From positions 13-64,012 of the forward strand of contig JBBSGZ010000003.1 of the NCBI GenBank assembly GCA_038253555.1: a stretch of 64,000 bases of DNA, written 5' to 3'. Shown here one piece after another: positions 9,277 to 17,628 of this stretch. Numbering within the stretch: position 1 is the stretch's first letter; every line of letters starts with the position of its first letter. The stretch is from Thermoanaerobaculia bacterium. GTDB taxonomy: Bacteria > Acidobacteriota > Thermoanaerobaculia > UBA5066 > Gp7-AA6. The notes below the pieces were generated by a model. The model was not told the DNA's origin and made no database searches. It saw only the letters and a program-made list of their open reading frames with translations. The translations under genes were made by a program, and so were the position numbers.

Positions 9277-9626
9277 GGGGCAGTCGTTCCCTGCCGGCCG
9301 TACGCATCTTCGAGCCGGACGACATCGTCGAGCTCCGGCGAGGAAACCTCGACCAGATCGCAATCGGCTTCGGCACCGAGGCGGTGGCGGACTCCCGCTC
9401 GAATGCGAAACGTCTCGCCTTTTTTCAGCCGGATCTCCTGCATTTTGCCGTCGATCTCCACGGACAGCGCGACCTCGCCGTTCAACACGAAGAGGGTCTC
9501 GTCCTTGCGCTCATGGTACTGCAGCGACAGGCGGTGGCCTGCGTCGATATGGAGGATCTTGCCGGCGTACCTGTCGGTCTCCGCAAACACGAGCTCGTGC
9601 CCCCACGGTTTTGCGACTCGTCTCAT
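9273..9626 (-). CDS. Cupin-fold protein (type II mannose-6-phosphate isomerase C-terminal-like)
   Basis: MRRVAKPWGHE...GKILHI.AG..LSLQYH..K.ET..VL.G motif set typical of small cupins. Starts 8 nt after the ptsI stop. Confidence 0.7.
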   Translation of the reverse strand: MRRVAKPWGHELVFAETDRYAGKILHIDAGHRLSLQYHERKDETLFVLNGEVALSVEIDGKMQEIRLKKGETFRIRAGVRHRLGAEADCDLVEVSSPELDDVVRLEDAYGRQGTTAP

Positions 9627-9633
9627 ATTTCCC

Positions 9634-11418
9634 TCACGTTCTGATTTCTTCTGCCAGGTCCGGCCGGACGCGCGCGGCGGCCTCGCGCCGCGAGTCGCCG
9701 TCGGAAGCGCTCTTGAAGATCTTCTCGATTTCCCCGGGTTCGGAGCAGGCGAGCGCACGGGCCATCAATTCGGCGGCGCGCGCGGAATCTACGCGGGCCA
9801 GGGTCTCTTTCACTCCGGGGATCGCCACAGGGGTGACCGAAAGCTCCCGGATTCCCAGACCGACGATTGCCCGGATGCCGGAGGTCTCGGAGGCCATCTC
9901 GCCGCAGACCGCGATCGGACGGCTTCTCGCGGCGGCGGCTTCGACGACAAACTTCATCATGCGGAGAATCGCCGGGTGAAGCGGGCTGTAGAGAGACGAC
10001 ACCTCGGGATTCGCGCGGTCGACCGCGAGGCCGTACTGGGCGAGATCGTTCGTCCCGATCGAAAAAAAATCGGACTCTTCCGCCAGTCGATCGGCGAGCA
10101 GGGCGGCCGAAGGGACTTCGATCATGACGCCGAGTTGAGGGATCTTCGTGACGTGAAGCGCGGCCGCAACTTCCGCCAATCGGAGACGCGCTTTTCGGAG
10201 CTCCGAGAGAGAGGTCACCATCGGCAGCAGGATCTTCAGGTCTCCGCGGGCCGAGGCGAGGCAGAGGGCGGCCAGCTGCTCGTCGAAGAGCTTCGGATGT
10301 GCGAGGCAATAGCGAAGCCCCCGGAGGCCCAGGGCCGGGTTCTCGCCCGCCGCCGGCGCGATGCCCTTCTCGCCTCCCAGGTCGTACGTGCGGATCACGA
10401 CGGGGTGCGGAGCCGCGGCCGCGAGGAGCTCTTCGTAAGCGGCGCGCTGTTCTTCGACGCCCGGTGTTCGCGGCGCTGCCTTCAGGTAAAGAAATTCGGA
10501 CCGAAAGAGACCGACGCCCTCGGCGTGCCAGCGCTCGAGGGCAGCGACCTCCTCCGGAAGCTCGAGGTTGGCGCGCACGACGACCCGGACGCCGTCGCGC
10601 GTTGCCGCCGCGCCCGCCGTGCGATTACGCAGCCGCCGCGCGCGCTCCCGCGACTCGGCCACCTGCAGGAGCGCCTGGCGCAGCCTCCCCTTGGAAGGCG
10701 CGGGCTCGACGGTGCCTCGATCTCCGTCCACGACGATCGGCCGGTCCGGCGAAATGCCGTCGCAGATCCCGAGGAGCCCGACGACGGCGGGGAGACCGAA
10801 GGAGCGCGCGATGATGCTGGCGTGAGAAGCCTGACCGCCCCGCTCGAGTGCGAGGGCGCGGACTCGCCTCGGATCGAGCCGCGCCGCGTTGACGGGTGAA
10901 AGCTCGTCGGCCACGAGGATCGACCCGCGCGGCAAATCGGTTTCGAGGGCGCGCTTCCCGGACGTCGAGAGGTGCGCCGCGATTTCCCGCGCCACATCGG
11001 TGATGTCCGCGGCCCTCTCGCGCATCGCTGCCGAGTCGGCCTTCTCGAGCCGACCCCCGAAATCGCGCGCGACCGCCGCGAGAGCCCATTCGACATTGAC
11101 CCGTTCGCGGCTCATGTGCTCGACGATCGCGGAAAGGAAGGTCTCGTCGGCGGCGATCAGCCCATGCGCCTCGAGAATCGCCGCGAGCTCGCTCCCCATC
11201 TCTCCCACCGAATCCCGGGAGTGCTGCAGGAACTCCTCGGAAGCGGCCCGCGCGGCACGTCGCAGCCGCCGCTCTTCCGCGTCGAGCGATGACGGGTCGA
11301 TCGAGAGGCGAAACGCCGGCAATCCGGCAAAACGGAGGATGACGGCTCGGCCGACCGCGATCCCGCGGGAAACCGGAAGACCCCGGAGAACGCTGTTCAT
11401 CGGGACGGATCCGAGCAA
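9634..11418 (-). CDS. ptsI: Phosphoenolpyruvate-protein phosphotransferase (PTS Enzyme I, no GAF domain)
   Basis: Full-length EI-like sequence: GGQASHASIIARSFGLP phospho-His region, FFSIGTNDLAQY and CGEMA motifs. An alternative ATG lies at 11400. Confidence 0.9.
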   Translation of the reverse strand: MLGSVPMNSVLRGLPVSRGIAVGRAVILRFAGLPAFRLSIDPSSLDAEERRLRRAARAASEEFLQHSRDSVGEMGSELAAILEAHGLIAADETFLSAIVEHMSRERVNVEWALAAVARDFGGRLEKADSAAMRERAADITDVAREIAAHLSTSGKRALETDLPRGSILVADELSPVNAARLDPRRVRALALERGGQASHASIIARSFGLPAVVGLLGICDGISPDRPIVVDGDRGTVEPAPSKGRLRQALLQVAESRERARRLRNRTAGAAATRDGVRVVVRANLELPEEVAALERWHAEGVGLFRSEFLYLKAAPRTPGVEEQRAAYEELLAAAAPHPVVIRTYDLGGEKGIAPAAGENPALGLRGLRYCLAHPKLFDEQLAALCLASARGDLKILLPMVTSLSELRKARLRLAEVAAALHVTKIPQLGVMIEVPSAALLADRLAEESDFFSIGTNDLAQYGLAVDRANPEVSSLYSPLHPAILRMMKFVVEAAAARSRPIAVCGEMASETSGIRAIVGLGIRELSVTPVAIPGVKETLARVDSARAAELMARALACSEPGEIEKIFKSASDGDSRREAAARVRPDLAEEIRT

Positions 11419-11481
11419 GGGTCGGCCCGGGACCGGGCCTGCAAGCGCCCGTTCGACCGGCCGGCGTGGCTCAAGTCGCTC

Positions 11482-11751
11482 TCATTCTTCCTCGTCGAAG
11501 CTTCGGGCCACGAGGTCCTCGACGGCGGCAAAGGCTTCCGATTCATCCTCGCCCGCGACGTACAGAGTGATGTGGGTGCCCTGGGAGGCGGCGAGCAGGA
11601 GAATCCCCAGGATGCTCTTCCCGTCCACCTCTTCGCCGTTCTTGCGGACCTTCACGGCGGAACGAAATCGACTCGCGGTCTGCACGAACTTCGCCGCCGC
11701 CCGCGCATGAAGGCCGAGCCTGTTCCGGATTGCGAGATCTCGCTCGATCAT
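11482..11751 (-). CDS. ptsH: Phosphocarrier protein HPr/NPr
   Basis: 89 aa. GLHARAAA (His15) and DGKSILGI (Ser46) are both present. ATGA overlap with the upstream EIIA gene. Confidence 0.9.
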   Translation of the reverse strand: MIERDLAIRNRLGLHARAAAKFVQTASRFRSAVKVRKNGEEVDGKSILGILLLAASQGTHITLYVAGEDESEAFAAVEDLVARSFDEEE

Positions 11752-12191
11752 CCCTCTCCCCTCTCGAACGCGGCGGCCGAGGCCGCGTCTTCGTCCGCCA
11801 GAAGATCCGAGGCGACGCAGATGGAACGCTGCCCGCGATCCTTCGCGAAGTGGGCGATCTCGACGACGCTCCTGCCGCTGTCCTGAAGCGCGGCACATTT
11901 CAGCACCATGGGCAGGTTGACGCCCGTCACGATTTCGACGCGATTTTTCTGGAGGAACGACAGCGTCAGGTTGGTCGGTGTGCCCCCGAACATGTCGGTC
12001 AGAATCACCGCCCCGTCGCCGCCGTCCGCCTCTTTCAATCCACAGGCGATGCGTTCGCGGGCATCCTCCCCCGTTTGATTCCACTCCAGTGCGACCGCCA
12101 CGATGCGCGCGATCTCCGGCTGGATCGTCAGCGCGGCGTCCCGTAACTCCTCCGCAAGCCGTCCGTGGGTGACCAGCAGAACTCCGATCAT
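11748..12191 (-). CDS. PTS EIIA component, mannose/fructose family
   Basis: MIGVLLVTHGRLAEEL (conserved His near the N-terminus), GAVILTDMFGGTP motif. Confidence 0.85.
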   Translation of the reverse strand: MIGVLLVTHGRLAEELRDAALTIQPEIARIVAVALEWNQTGEDARERIACGLKEADGGDGAVILTDMFGGTPTNLTLSFLQKNRVEIVTGVNLPMVLKCAALQDSGRSVVEIAHFAKDRGQRSICVASDLLADEDAASAAAFERGEG

Positions 12192-12207
12192 GCGAAGACC
12201 CGAGGCG

Positions 12208-13098
12208 TCACTGGCGGGTCGCGTCCCGGTGCGAGACCCGGACCGGGAAGCCGCGCTCCTTCAGTGCCTCCGCCAACCGTTCCGCGACGTACACAGAACG
12301 GTGCTTTCCGCCCGTGCAGCCGATCGCGATCGAGAGGTAACTCTTGTGTTCGCGCTCATAGAGCGGCAGCAGGTAGTCGAAGAACCCGGTGAGTTTCTCT
12401 AGGAAGGGCGCCGTCTCCGGATCGCTTTCGATGTAAGCCGCGACGGCCGCATCCGATCCCGTTTTTCCCTTCAGCTCCGGGACGAAGTGCGGGTTGTTCA
12501 GGAAACGCACGTCGAAGACGAGATCGACGTCGTGTGGCACTCCGAACTTGAACCCGAACGAGGTCGCCGAGACGACCATCCGCGCCTCGTCCGGATTGAC
12601 GGCGAAGGTCTTCTGAATGAAGGACCTCAACTCGTGGACCGTCATCTCCGAGGTGTCGAGCACGACGTCGGCGACAGAACGGACCTCTTCGAGCATCTGG
12701 CGCTCGCTGCGCAGGGACTGGAGAAGCGAGCGGTCGCCCGAGAGAGGATGCGGCCGCCGGGTTTCGGAGAACCGCCGGATGAGCGATTCCTCGGACGCGT
12801 CGAGAAACAGGAGACGCGTCCCCGGGACCTGCTGCCGGAGGTGCCCCAGGATCTCGGGGAATCGCGAGGCGAAATCCGGGTTTCGGACGTCTAAGATCAC
12901 ACCGACCCGGGGGGCGCTCTTCTGCTGGAGGAGCGGCTCGACCAGCTCGAGGGGAAGGTTGTCGACGCAGAAGTAGCCGATGTCCTCCAGGCACTTGTTG
13001 ACGTAGCTTTTTCCGGAGCCGGAAAGGCCGGTCACGATGACGAGGCTCTCCGGCGCCCCGGCGAGGGTCGTCGTCGGAACCGGGCTCGGCGTGCTCAT
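12208..13098 (-). CDS. rapZ: RNase adapter / nucleotide-binding protein RapZ (YhbJ)
   Basis: IVTGLSGSGKSYVNKCLEDIGYFCVDNLP Walker A N-terminus, C-terminal CTGGKHRSV motif. ATG at 13098 overlaps the hprK stop (ATGA). Confidence 0.9.
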   Translation of the reverse strand: MSTPSPVPTTTLAGAPESLVIVTGLSGSGKSYVNKCLEDIGYFCVDNLPLELVEPLLQQKSAPRVGVILDVRNPDFASRFPEILGHLRQQVPGTRLLFLDASEESLIRRFSETRRPHPLSGDRSLLQSLRSERQMLEEVRSVADVVLDTSEMTVHELRSFIQKTFAVNPDEARMVVSATSFGFKFGVPHDVDLVFDVRFLNNPHFVPELKGKTGSDAAVAAYIESDPETAPFLEKLTGFFDYLLPLYEREHKSYLSIAIGCTGGKHRSVYVAERLAEALKERGFPVRVSHRDATRQ

Positions 13099-14069
13099 TC
13101 CGTCTGTTCCGAGGCGCGCATGTTCTTCGCGATCTGCTCGTCGACTTTCAAGGCGAACTCCTTGGCCGCGTCGTAACCCTGGGTCTTCAGAAGCTCGTTG
13201 CGCGCGGCGATCTCGATCAGCAGGGCAATGTTGCGCCCCGAGGCGACGGGCAGCCGGAGAAGAGGGCGCGACCTGTCCAGGATCGTGTACGTTTCCCCGT
13301 CCAGTCCGAGCCGATCGTACCGCTTTGTCGGGTCCCATCGCTGCAGTTCGATGACCAGCTCGATCGACTTGGAGGAGCGCACCGCCGACACTCCGAAGAG
13401 GTGCTTGATGTTGATGATGCCGATTCCGCGGAGCTCCATGTGGTAGCGGATCATCTCCGCGGCGCGGCCCACGATCGACCCGTTCGGATATTTTCGGATT
13501 TCCACCACGTCGTCTGCCACCAGCCGGTGACCTCGCTGGATCAGGTCGAGCGCGCATTCACTCTTGCCAATCCCGGAATCGCCGAGCAGCAGGACACCCA
13601 TGCCATATACGTCGACGAGCACGCCATGCACGGTCGTCGAGGGCGCGAGCTCGTCTTCCAGGATCCGCGTGATCGACTGGATGACCACCGACGTCGTCTG
13701 GTCCGACACCAGGAGCGGTACCTCGCGGAGGCGGCACTCCCGTATCAGGTCTTCCGGGACCACCTGCCCCTTCGTTACGACGAAGGCCGCCACGGGAAGG
13801 GCGCAGATCGCGGAGATCCGCTCGGACCGCACGCCGGGAGCCATCGTGTCGAGGTAGTTGAGCTCGCTTTCCCCGAGAATCTGGATCCGGCCGGGCTTGA
13901 TGAAGGCCTCGTATCCGGCGAGCGCCAGTCCGGGCCGCTGAATACGCCCCCAGGAGATCACACGCGAAAAACCCGCTTCTCCGGCCACGATTCTCAACCC
14001 GAGGTCGGCGAGCGCCGGGGAACGAAGGACGTCGGCGGTGAGCCCGCGGCGCGCGGCGGTGATGCTCAT
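13095..14069 (-). CDS. hprK: HPr kinase/phosphorylase, full length
   Basis: GDSGIGKSECALDLI Walker A, LVADD, MELRGIGIINI signature. ATG at 14069 overlaps the ptsN stop (ATGA). Confidence 0.9.
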   Translation of the reverse strand: MSITAARRGLTADVLRSPALADLGLRIVAGEAGFSRVISWGRIQRPGLALAGYEAFIKPGRIQILGESELNYLDTMAPGVRSERISAICALPVAAFVVTKGQVVPEDLIRECRLREVPLLVSDQTTSVVIQSITRILEDELAPSTTVHGVLVDVYGMGVLLLGDSGIGKSECALDLIQRGHRLVADDVVEIRKYPNGSIVGRAAEMIRYHMELRGIGIINIKHLFGVSAVRSSKSIELVIELQRWDPTKRYDRLGLDGETYTILDRSRPLLRLPVASGRNIALLIEIAARNELLKTQGYDAAKEFALKVDEQIAKNMRASEQTE

Positions 14070-14569
14070 GAGCGAACGGCCGGGATCGCCGACTCCGCCT
14101 CCTTCATCGTGGCGAAAAGCTCTTCCGGGGTCACGGCCCGCCGCAGAGCGTCGGCGACGCCGGGGGTTTTCAGCAGACGCGAGATGCGCGCGAGCGACTG
14201 AAGGTGGAGTGCGGGCGCCTCTGCCGGCGAGAGGACCAGGAAGATGAGCGTCACCGGGAGGGCGTCCGGCGCGCGAAAGTCGACTCCCGCCGGGCACGAA
14301 GCGACGGCGAGAACAATTTCGTCCAGCTCCTTCAGCTTGCAATGCGGAATCGCGATCCCCGCCCCGAGTCCCGTGCACCCGAGGCGCTCCCGGTCGAGGA
14401 GACGCCGGCTCAGGTCCCCGGCATCCCGGACCGAGCCCGCGCACTGGAGCCGGTTGGAGAGGTCGCTCAAAACCTCTTCTACGGAGCCGGAAGAGACCCC
14501 GGTGAAGATCAACCGGGGGTTGACCGCCCCCTGAAGAAAGCCCGCCGGCTCACCGCTCGTGGCGCTCAC
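14066..14569 (-). CDS. ptsN: PTS IIA-like nitrogen-regulatory protein PtsN (EIIA-Ntr)
   Basis: GAGIAIPHCKL phosphorylation-site motif. PTS_EIIA_2-like length. Position between hpf and hprK. Confidence 0.85.
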   Translation of the reverse strand: MSATSGEPAGFLQGAVNPRLIFTGVSSGSVEEVLSDLSNRLQCAGSVRDAGDLSRRLLDRERLGCTGLGAGIAIPHCKLKELDEIVLAVASCPAGVDFRAPDALPVTLIFLVLSPAEAPALHLQSLARISRLLKTPGVADALRRAVTPEELFATMKEAESAIPAVRS

Positions 14570-14748
14570 GGGGAAACTCTCTCACGGCCGGGCGGCGGGC
14601 GCTCGCGGCTGGAGCGCTCGCAAGGCCAGGACATCTCGCGCCCCTCGAGGGCATAAACCGCCCGCCGAATGCGGCCTTCCGGGGGCGCCGTCGATCTAGT
14701 CGGCACGAACTTTAGTTTCGACCGCAATTTTTGCGGTCCCCGGTTCCA

Positions 14749-15312
14749 TCATTCCGGCACGATCAGGCCGAAGTCGCCGTCCCGGCGGCGATAGAGCACC
14801 GAGATCTTTTCAGAGCCCGAGTCCCGGAACACCACGAATTCTTCGCGGGACCCCTCGATGCGCATCGCTGCCTCCTCGACGCTCATCGGCTTTGCGGCGG
14901 CTTTGCGGCCGGCGCGCACGATCCGGGGCTCCTTCGCGCGGGCCGTCCGCGTTCGCGTTCCCGGTTCCAAAGCCTCCTCCCCTTCCGAGATCCGGAGCGG
15001 AATCGCGACTGCCGCGCCCCTGTGGCGGCGGTCATGACGCTTTTCCGCATCCTTCATCGCCTGGGAGTCGATCTTCTGGAAGGCGAGCGTCAGGGCCGAG
15101 CGTGGTTCCCCCGTCTCCTCCTGGGCCGTCCAGCGCCGGCGACGGAAGGTGGCGATCACCTCCGCCTCGTAGCGATGCTTTTCGTGCGAAAGGACCACGC
15201 GGACCGTCACGGGCGCGCCGAGGTGTCGTTCGAGTCGGGAGGCGCGCTCTTCGGCGAGCGCCTTCAGGCGGGGCGTGATTTCGACGCCGCGGCCGGTGCA
15301 TTCGACGCCCAT
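14749..15312 (-). CDS. hpf: Ribosome hibernation promoting factor, long form
   Basis: The N-terminal S30AE-like domain starts at MGVECTGRGVEITPRLK. C-terminal dimerisation-type domain (MSVEEAAMRIEGSREEFVVFRDS...ISVLYRRRDGDFGLI). Directly downstream of rpoN. Confidence 0.85.
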   Translation of the reverse strand: MGVECTGRGVEITPRLKALAEERASRLERHLGAPVTVRVVLSHEKHRYEAEVIATFRRRRWTAQEETGEPRSALTLAFQKIDSQAMKDAEKRHDRRHRGAAVAIPLRISEGEEALEPGTRTRTARAKEPRIVRAGRKAAAKPMSVEEAAMRIEGSREEFVVFRDSGSEKISVLYRRRDGDFGLIVPE

Positions 15313-15337
15313 GGCATGGTCCCTCCGCTGCCCGAAC

Positions 15338-16798
15338 TCAGAAGGTCTGTTTTCTCTGGGAGGACGAGGGGATCCGCAGTTCCTCGCGGTACTTCGCGAC
15401 GGTCCGCCGGGCGATCTGAATGCCTTCGGCGCGGAGCCGCTGCATGATGCGGGCATCGGAGTGCGGCCGCTTCGCGTCCTCGTCCGCGATCAGGCGGGAA
15501 ATCTTGTTCTTGATGGAAACGGACGACACGTCGTTCCCGGTGGTCGAGTCGATCCCGCTGTGAAAAAAATATTTCATCGGGAAAAGACCTCGCGGCGTGT
15601 GGATGTACTTGTTGGACACAACGCGCGAAACGGTGGACTCGTGCATACCGATGTCATTGGCGACGTCCCGCAGGACGAGGGGCCGCAGATGCTCGATCCC
15701 GTGATCCAGGAAACCCCGCTGGTGCCGTACGATCGAGTCCGCGACCTTGTAGATGGTGCGCTGACGCTGGTCGAGACTCTTGATCAGCCAGACGGCCGAT
15801 CGCATCTTGTCTTTCAGATACGTGGCGGCCTCCTCGCCGATCGCGCCATTCCCGCCCCGCAGCATCTTCCGGTAGGAGGAGGAAATCCGGAGCTTCGGGA
15901 GGCCGTCCTCGTTCAGCTGGATGACGTACTCGTCGCCGATCTTCCTGACCGCGACGTCGGGCTCGACGTAGATCGTCCGCTCGTTCGAGTACTTGCGGCC
16001 GGGTTTCGGCTCGAGGTTTTTGATGACCTCGACGACCGCCTGGATCTCCGACATGCCGACGCCGAGCAAACGCGCGAGCTGCGGAAACTGGCGGTTCAAA
16101 AACTCGCCCCAGTGCTCCGTGATCACTTTATCGATCAACGGGTTCTCGATTCCGAGCGCCCGGATCTGAAGACGCAGACAGTCCGGCAGGTCAAAGGCGC
16201 AGATCCCGGGCGGATCGAAAGCGCGAACGAGCGCGAGGGACTTCTCCACGTCTTCGTCGTTTTCGTAGCCGCCGGACCGGATCTCGTCGCGCGTGACCCT
16301 CAGGTACCCGTCCTCGTCGATGTTCCCGATCAGGTACGTCGCGATCTCCCGAATCTCGGGAGAGGCGTCCGACATCGAGATCTGCCAGCTCAGGTATTCC
16401 TGGAGGCCCGGAGGGCGGGAGATGATGTTCTCGAGGGGGACCTGTTCCGTCTCTTCGTACTGGCGCGGGTTGTAGGAGCTGTCGAGGTACTCCTCGAAGT
16501 AGGAATCGAAATCGATCTCGTCGAAGGAGTCGCGCTCTTTCTCGGCCGGGGCTTCCCCGGGAGCTTCCGCGGCCGCAACCGGGCCTTCCTTGGCGGCTGC
16601 CTCGACCCGCTCCGCTTCCGCCTCGGCGGCCGCGTCTTCCTGTTCCTCCTCGAGGATCGGGTTCTCGACCATCTCCTGGTTCAAGACTTCCTCGAGCTCC
16701 AGCTTCGACATCTGAAGAAGCTTGATGGCCTGCTGCAGCGACGGCGTCATGACGAGCCGTTGCGACATGCGGAGATTTAGTTTTTGTTCAAGTCCCAT
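15338..16798 (-). CDS. rpoN: RNA polymerase sigma-54 factor
   Basis: N-terminal region I (LNLRMSQRLVMTPSLQQAIKLLQMS), acidic region II, C-terminal RpoN box ARRTVAKYRE. Confidence 0.95.
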   Translation of the reverse strand: MGLEQKLNLRMSQRLVMTPSLQQAIKLLQMSKLELEEVLNQEMVENPILEEEQEDAAAEAEAERVEAAAKEGPVAAAEAPGEAPAEKERDSFDEIDFDSYFEEYLDSSYNPRQYEETEQVPLENIISRPPGLQEYLSWQISMSDASPEIREIATYLIGNIDEDGYLRVTRDEIRSGGYENDEDVEKSLALVRAFDPPGICAFDLPDCLRLQIRALGIENPLIDKVITEHWGEFLNRQFPQLARLLGVGMSEIQAVVEVIKNLEPKPGRKYSNERTIYVEPDVAVRKIGDEYVIQLNEDGLPKLRISSSYRKMLRGGNGAIGEEAATYLKDKMRSAVWLIKSLDQRQRTIYKVADSIVRHQRGFLDHGIEHLRPLVLRDVANDIGMHESTVSRVVSNKYIHTPRGLFPMKYFFHSGIDSTTGNDVSSVSIKNKISRLIADEDAKRPHSDARIMQRLRAEGIQIARRTVAKYREELRIPSSSQRKQTF

Positions 16799-16872
16799 GC
16801 TGCTCGATGTGTTGAATGGCCCTGACGGGTCGCGCCGTGTGGGCGGAACGTCTCCTGTCGAATGGCATGCGG

Positions 16873-17628
16873 TCAGTTCAGCTGAAACGCTTCGCCAAGA
16901 TAGATCTTTTTTACGACGGCGTCGCTCGAAAGAGCAAGCGGCGTGCCCGCTCTCAGAATCTCGCCACCATGAATTATATAGGCTCGGTCGACGATCGATA
17001 AAGTCTCTCTCACGTTGTGATCGGTGATCAGGACGCCAATGCCCGCCGTCGCCATCCGGCGCGCGATTCCCTGAATCTCCAGGACCGCCAGAGGGTCGAT
17101 TCCGGCAAAGGGCTCGTCTAAGAGGACGAAATGGGGGGAGACCACCAGGCTCCGGGCGATTTCCACGCGCCGGCGCTCCCCTCCCGACAACGTGTAAGCC
17201 CGGTGGGTCCGAAGGGCCTCCAGGCCGAACTCGCTCAACAACCGATCGGCTCGCTCGCGCCGCTCGACCCGCGTCAGGTCGAGCGTTTCGAGGATGGCGA
17301 GCAGGTTTTCTTCCACCGTCATTTTGCGAAAAACCGAAGGTTCCTGAGGCAGGTAGGAGATCCCGGCGCGTGCGCGGCGGTACATCGGCAACGAGGTGAC
17401 GTCCCGGCCCGAGAGCCGGACTTCCCCGGCGTCGGGCCGGACGAGCCCGACGACGATCGAAAAGGTCGTGGTTTTGCCCGCCCCGTTGGGACCGAGCAGG
17501 CCGACGATCTCGCCCGCGCCGACCTCGAGCGAGACGCCCCGGACGACCGCGCGGCCGCCGTACGTCTTGATGAGCCCTTCGGCCGCGAGCAGCGGCCTGG
17601 GCTCCGGCGCTGTTTCCGGGGAGCTCAC
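16873..17628 (-). CDS. lptB: LPS export ABC transporter ATPase LptB
   Basis: [14 protein letters not shown] Walker [16 protein letters not shown] signature, [11 protein letters not shown] Walker B. GTGA overlap with the upstream gene. Confidence 0.9.
   Translation of the reverse strand: MSSPETAPEPRPLLAAEGLIKTYGGRAVVRGVSLEVGAGEIVGLLGPNGAGKTTTFSIVVGLVRPDAGEVRLSGRDVTSLPMYRRARAGISYLPQEPSVFRKMTVEENLLAILETLDLTRVERRERADRLLSEFGLEALRTHRAYTLSGGERRRVEIARSLVVSPHFVLLDEPFAGIDPLAVLEIQGIARRMATAGIGVLITDHNVRETLSIVDRAYIIHGGEILRAGTPLALSSDAVVKKIYLGEAFQLN

Noticed and set aside
8578-10899. 773-aa plus-strand ORF. Similar long ORFs lie at 15275-16780 (+), 19697-21057 (+, three frames), 22685-24559 (+), 32437-34887 (+), 38064-40145 (+), 41602-42846 (+), 55282-57153 (-) and 28590-30997 (+)
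   Set aside because: All are antisense or out-of-frame relative to genes with strong family signatures (ptsI, rpoN, recJ, priA, msbA, asnB, rpsA, DUF4097, coaBC). All have low-complexity Arg/Gly/Pro/Ala translations. They are treated as GC artefacts.
14701-14716. Sigma-54-like element cGGCACGaactTTAGt in the hpf-ptsN gap
   Set aside because: The -12 GC is replaced by AG. The element points along the plus strand, into the antisense of hpf.
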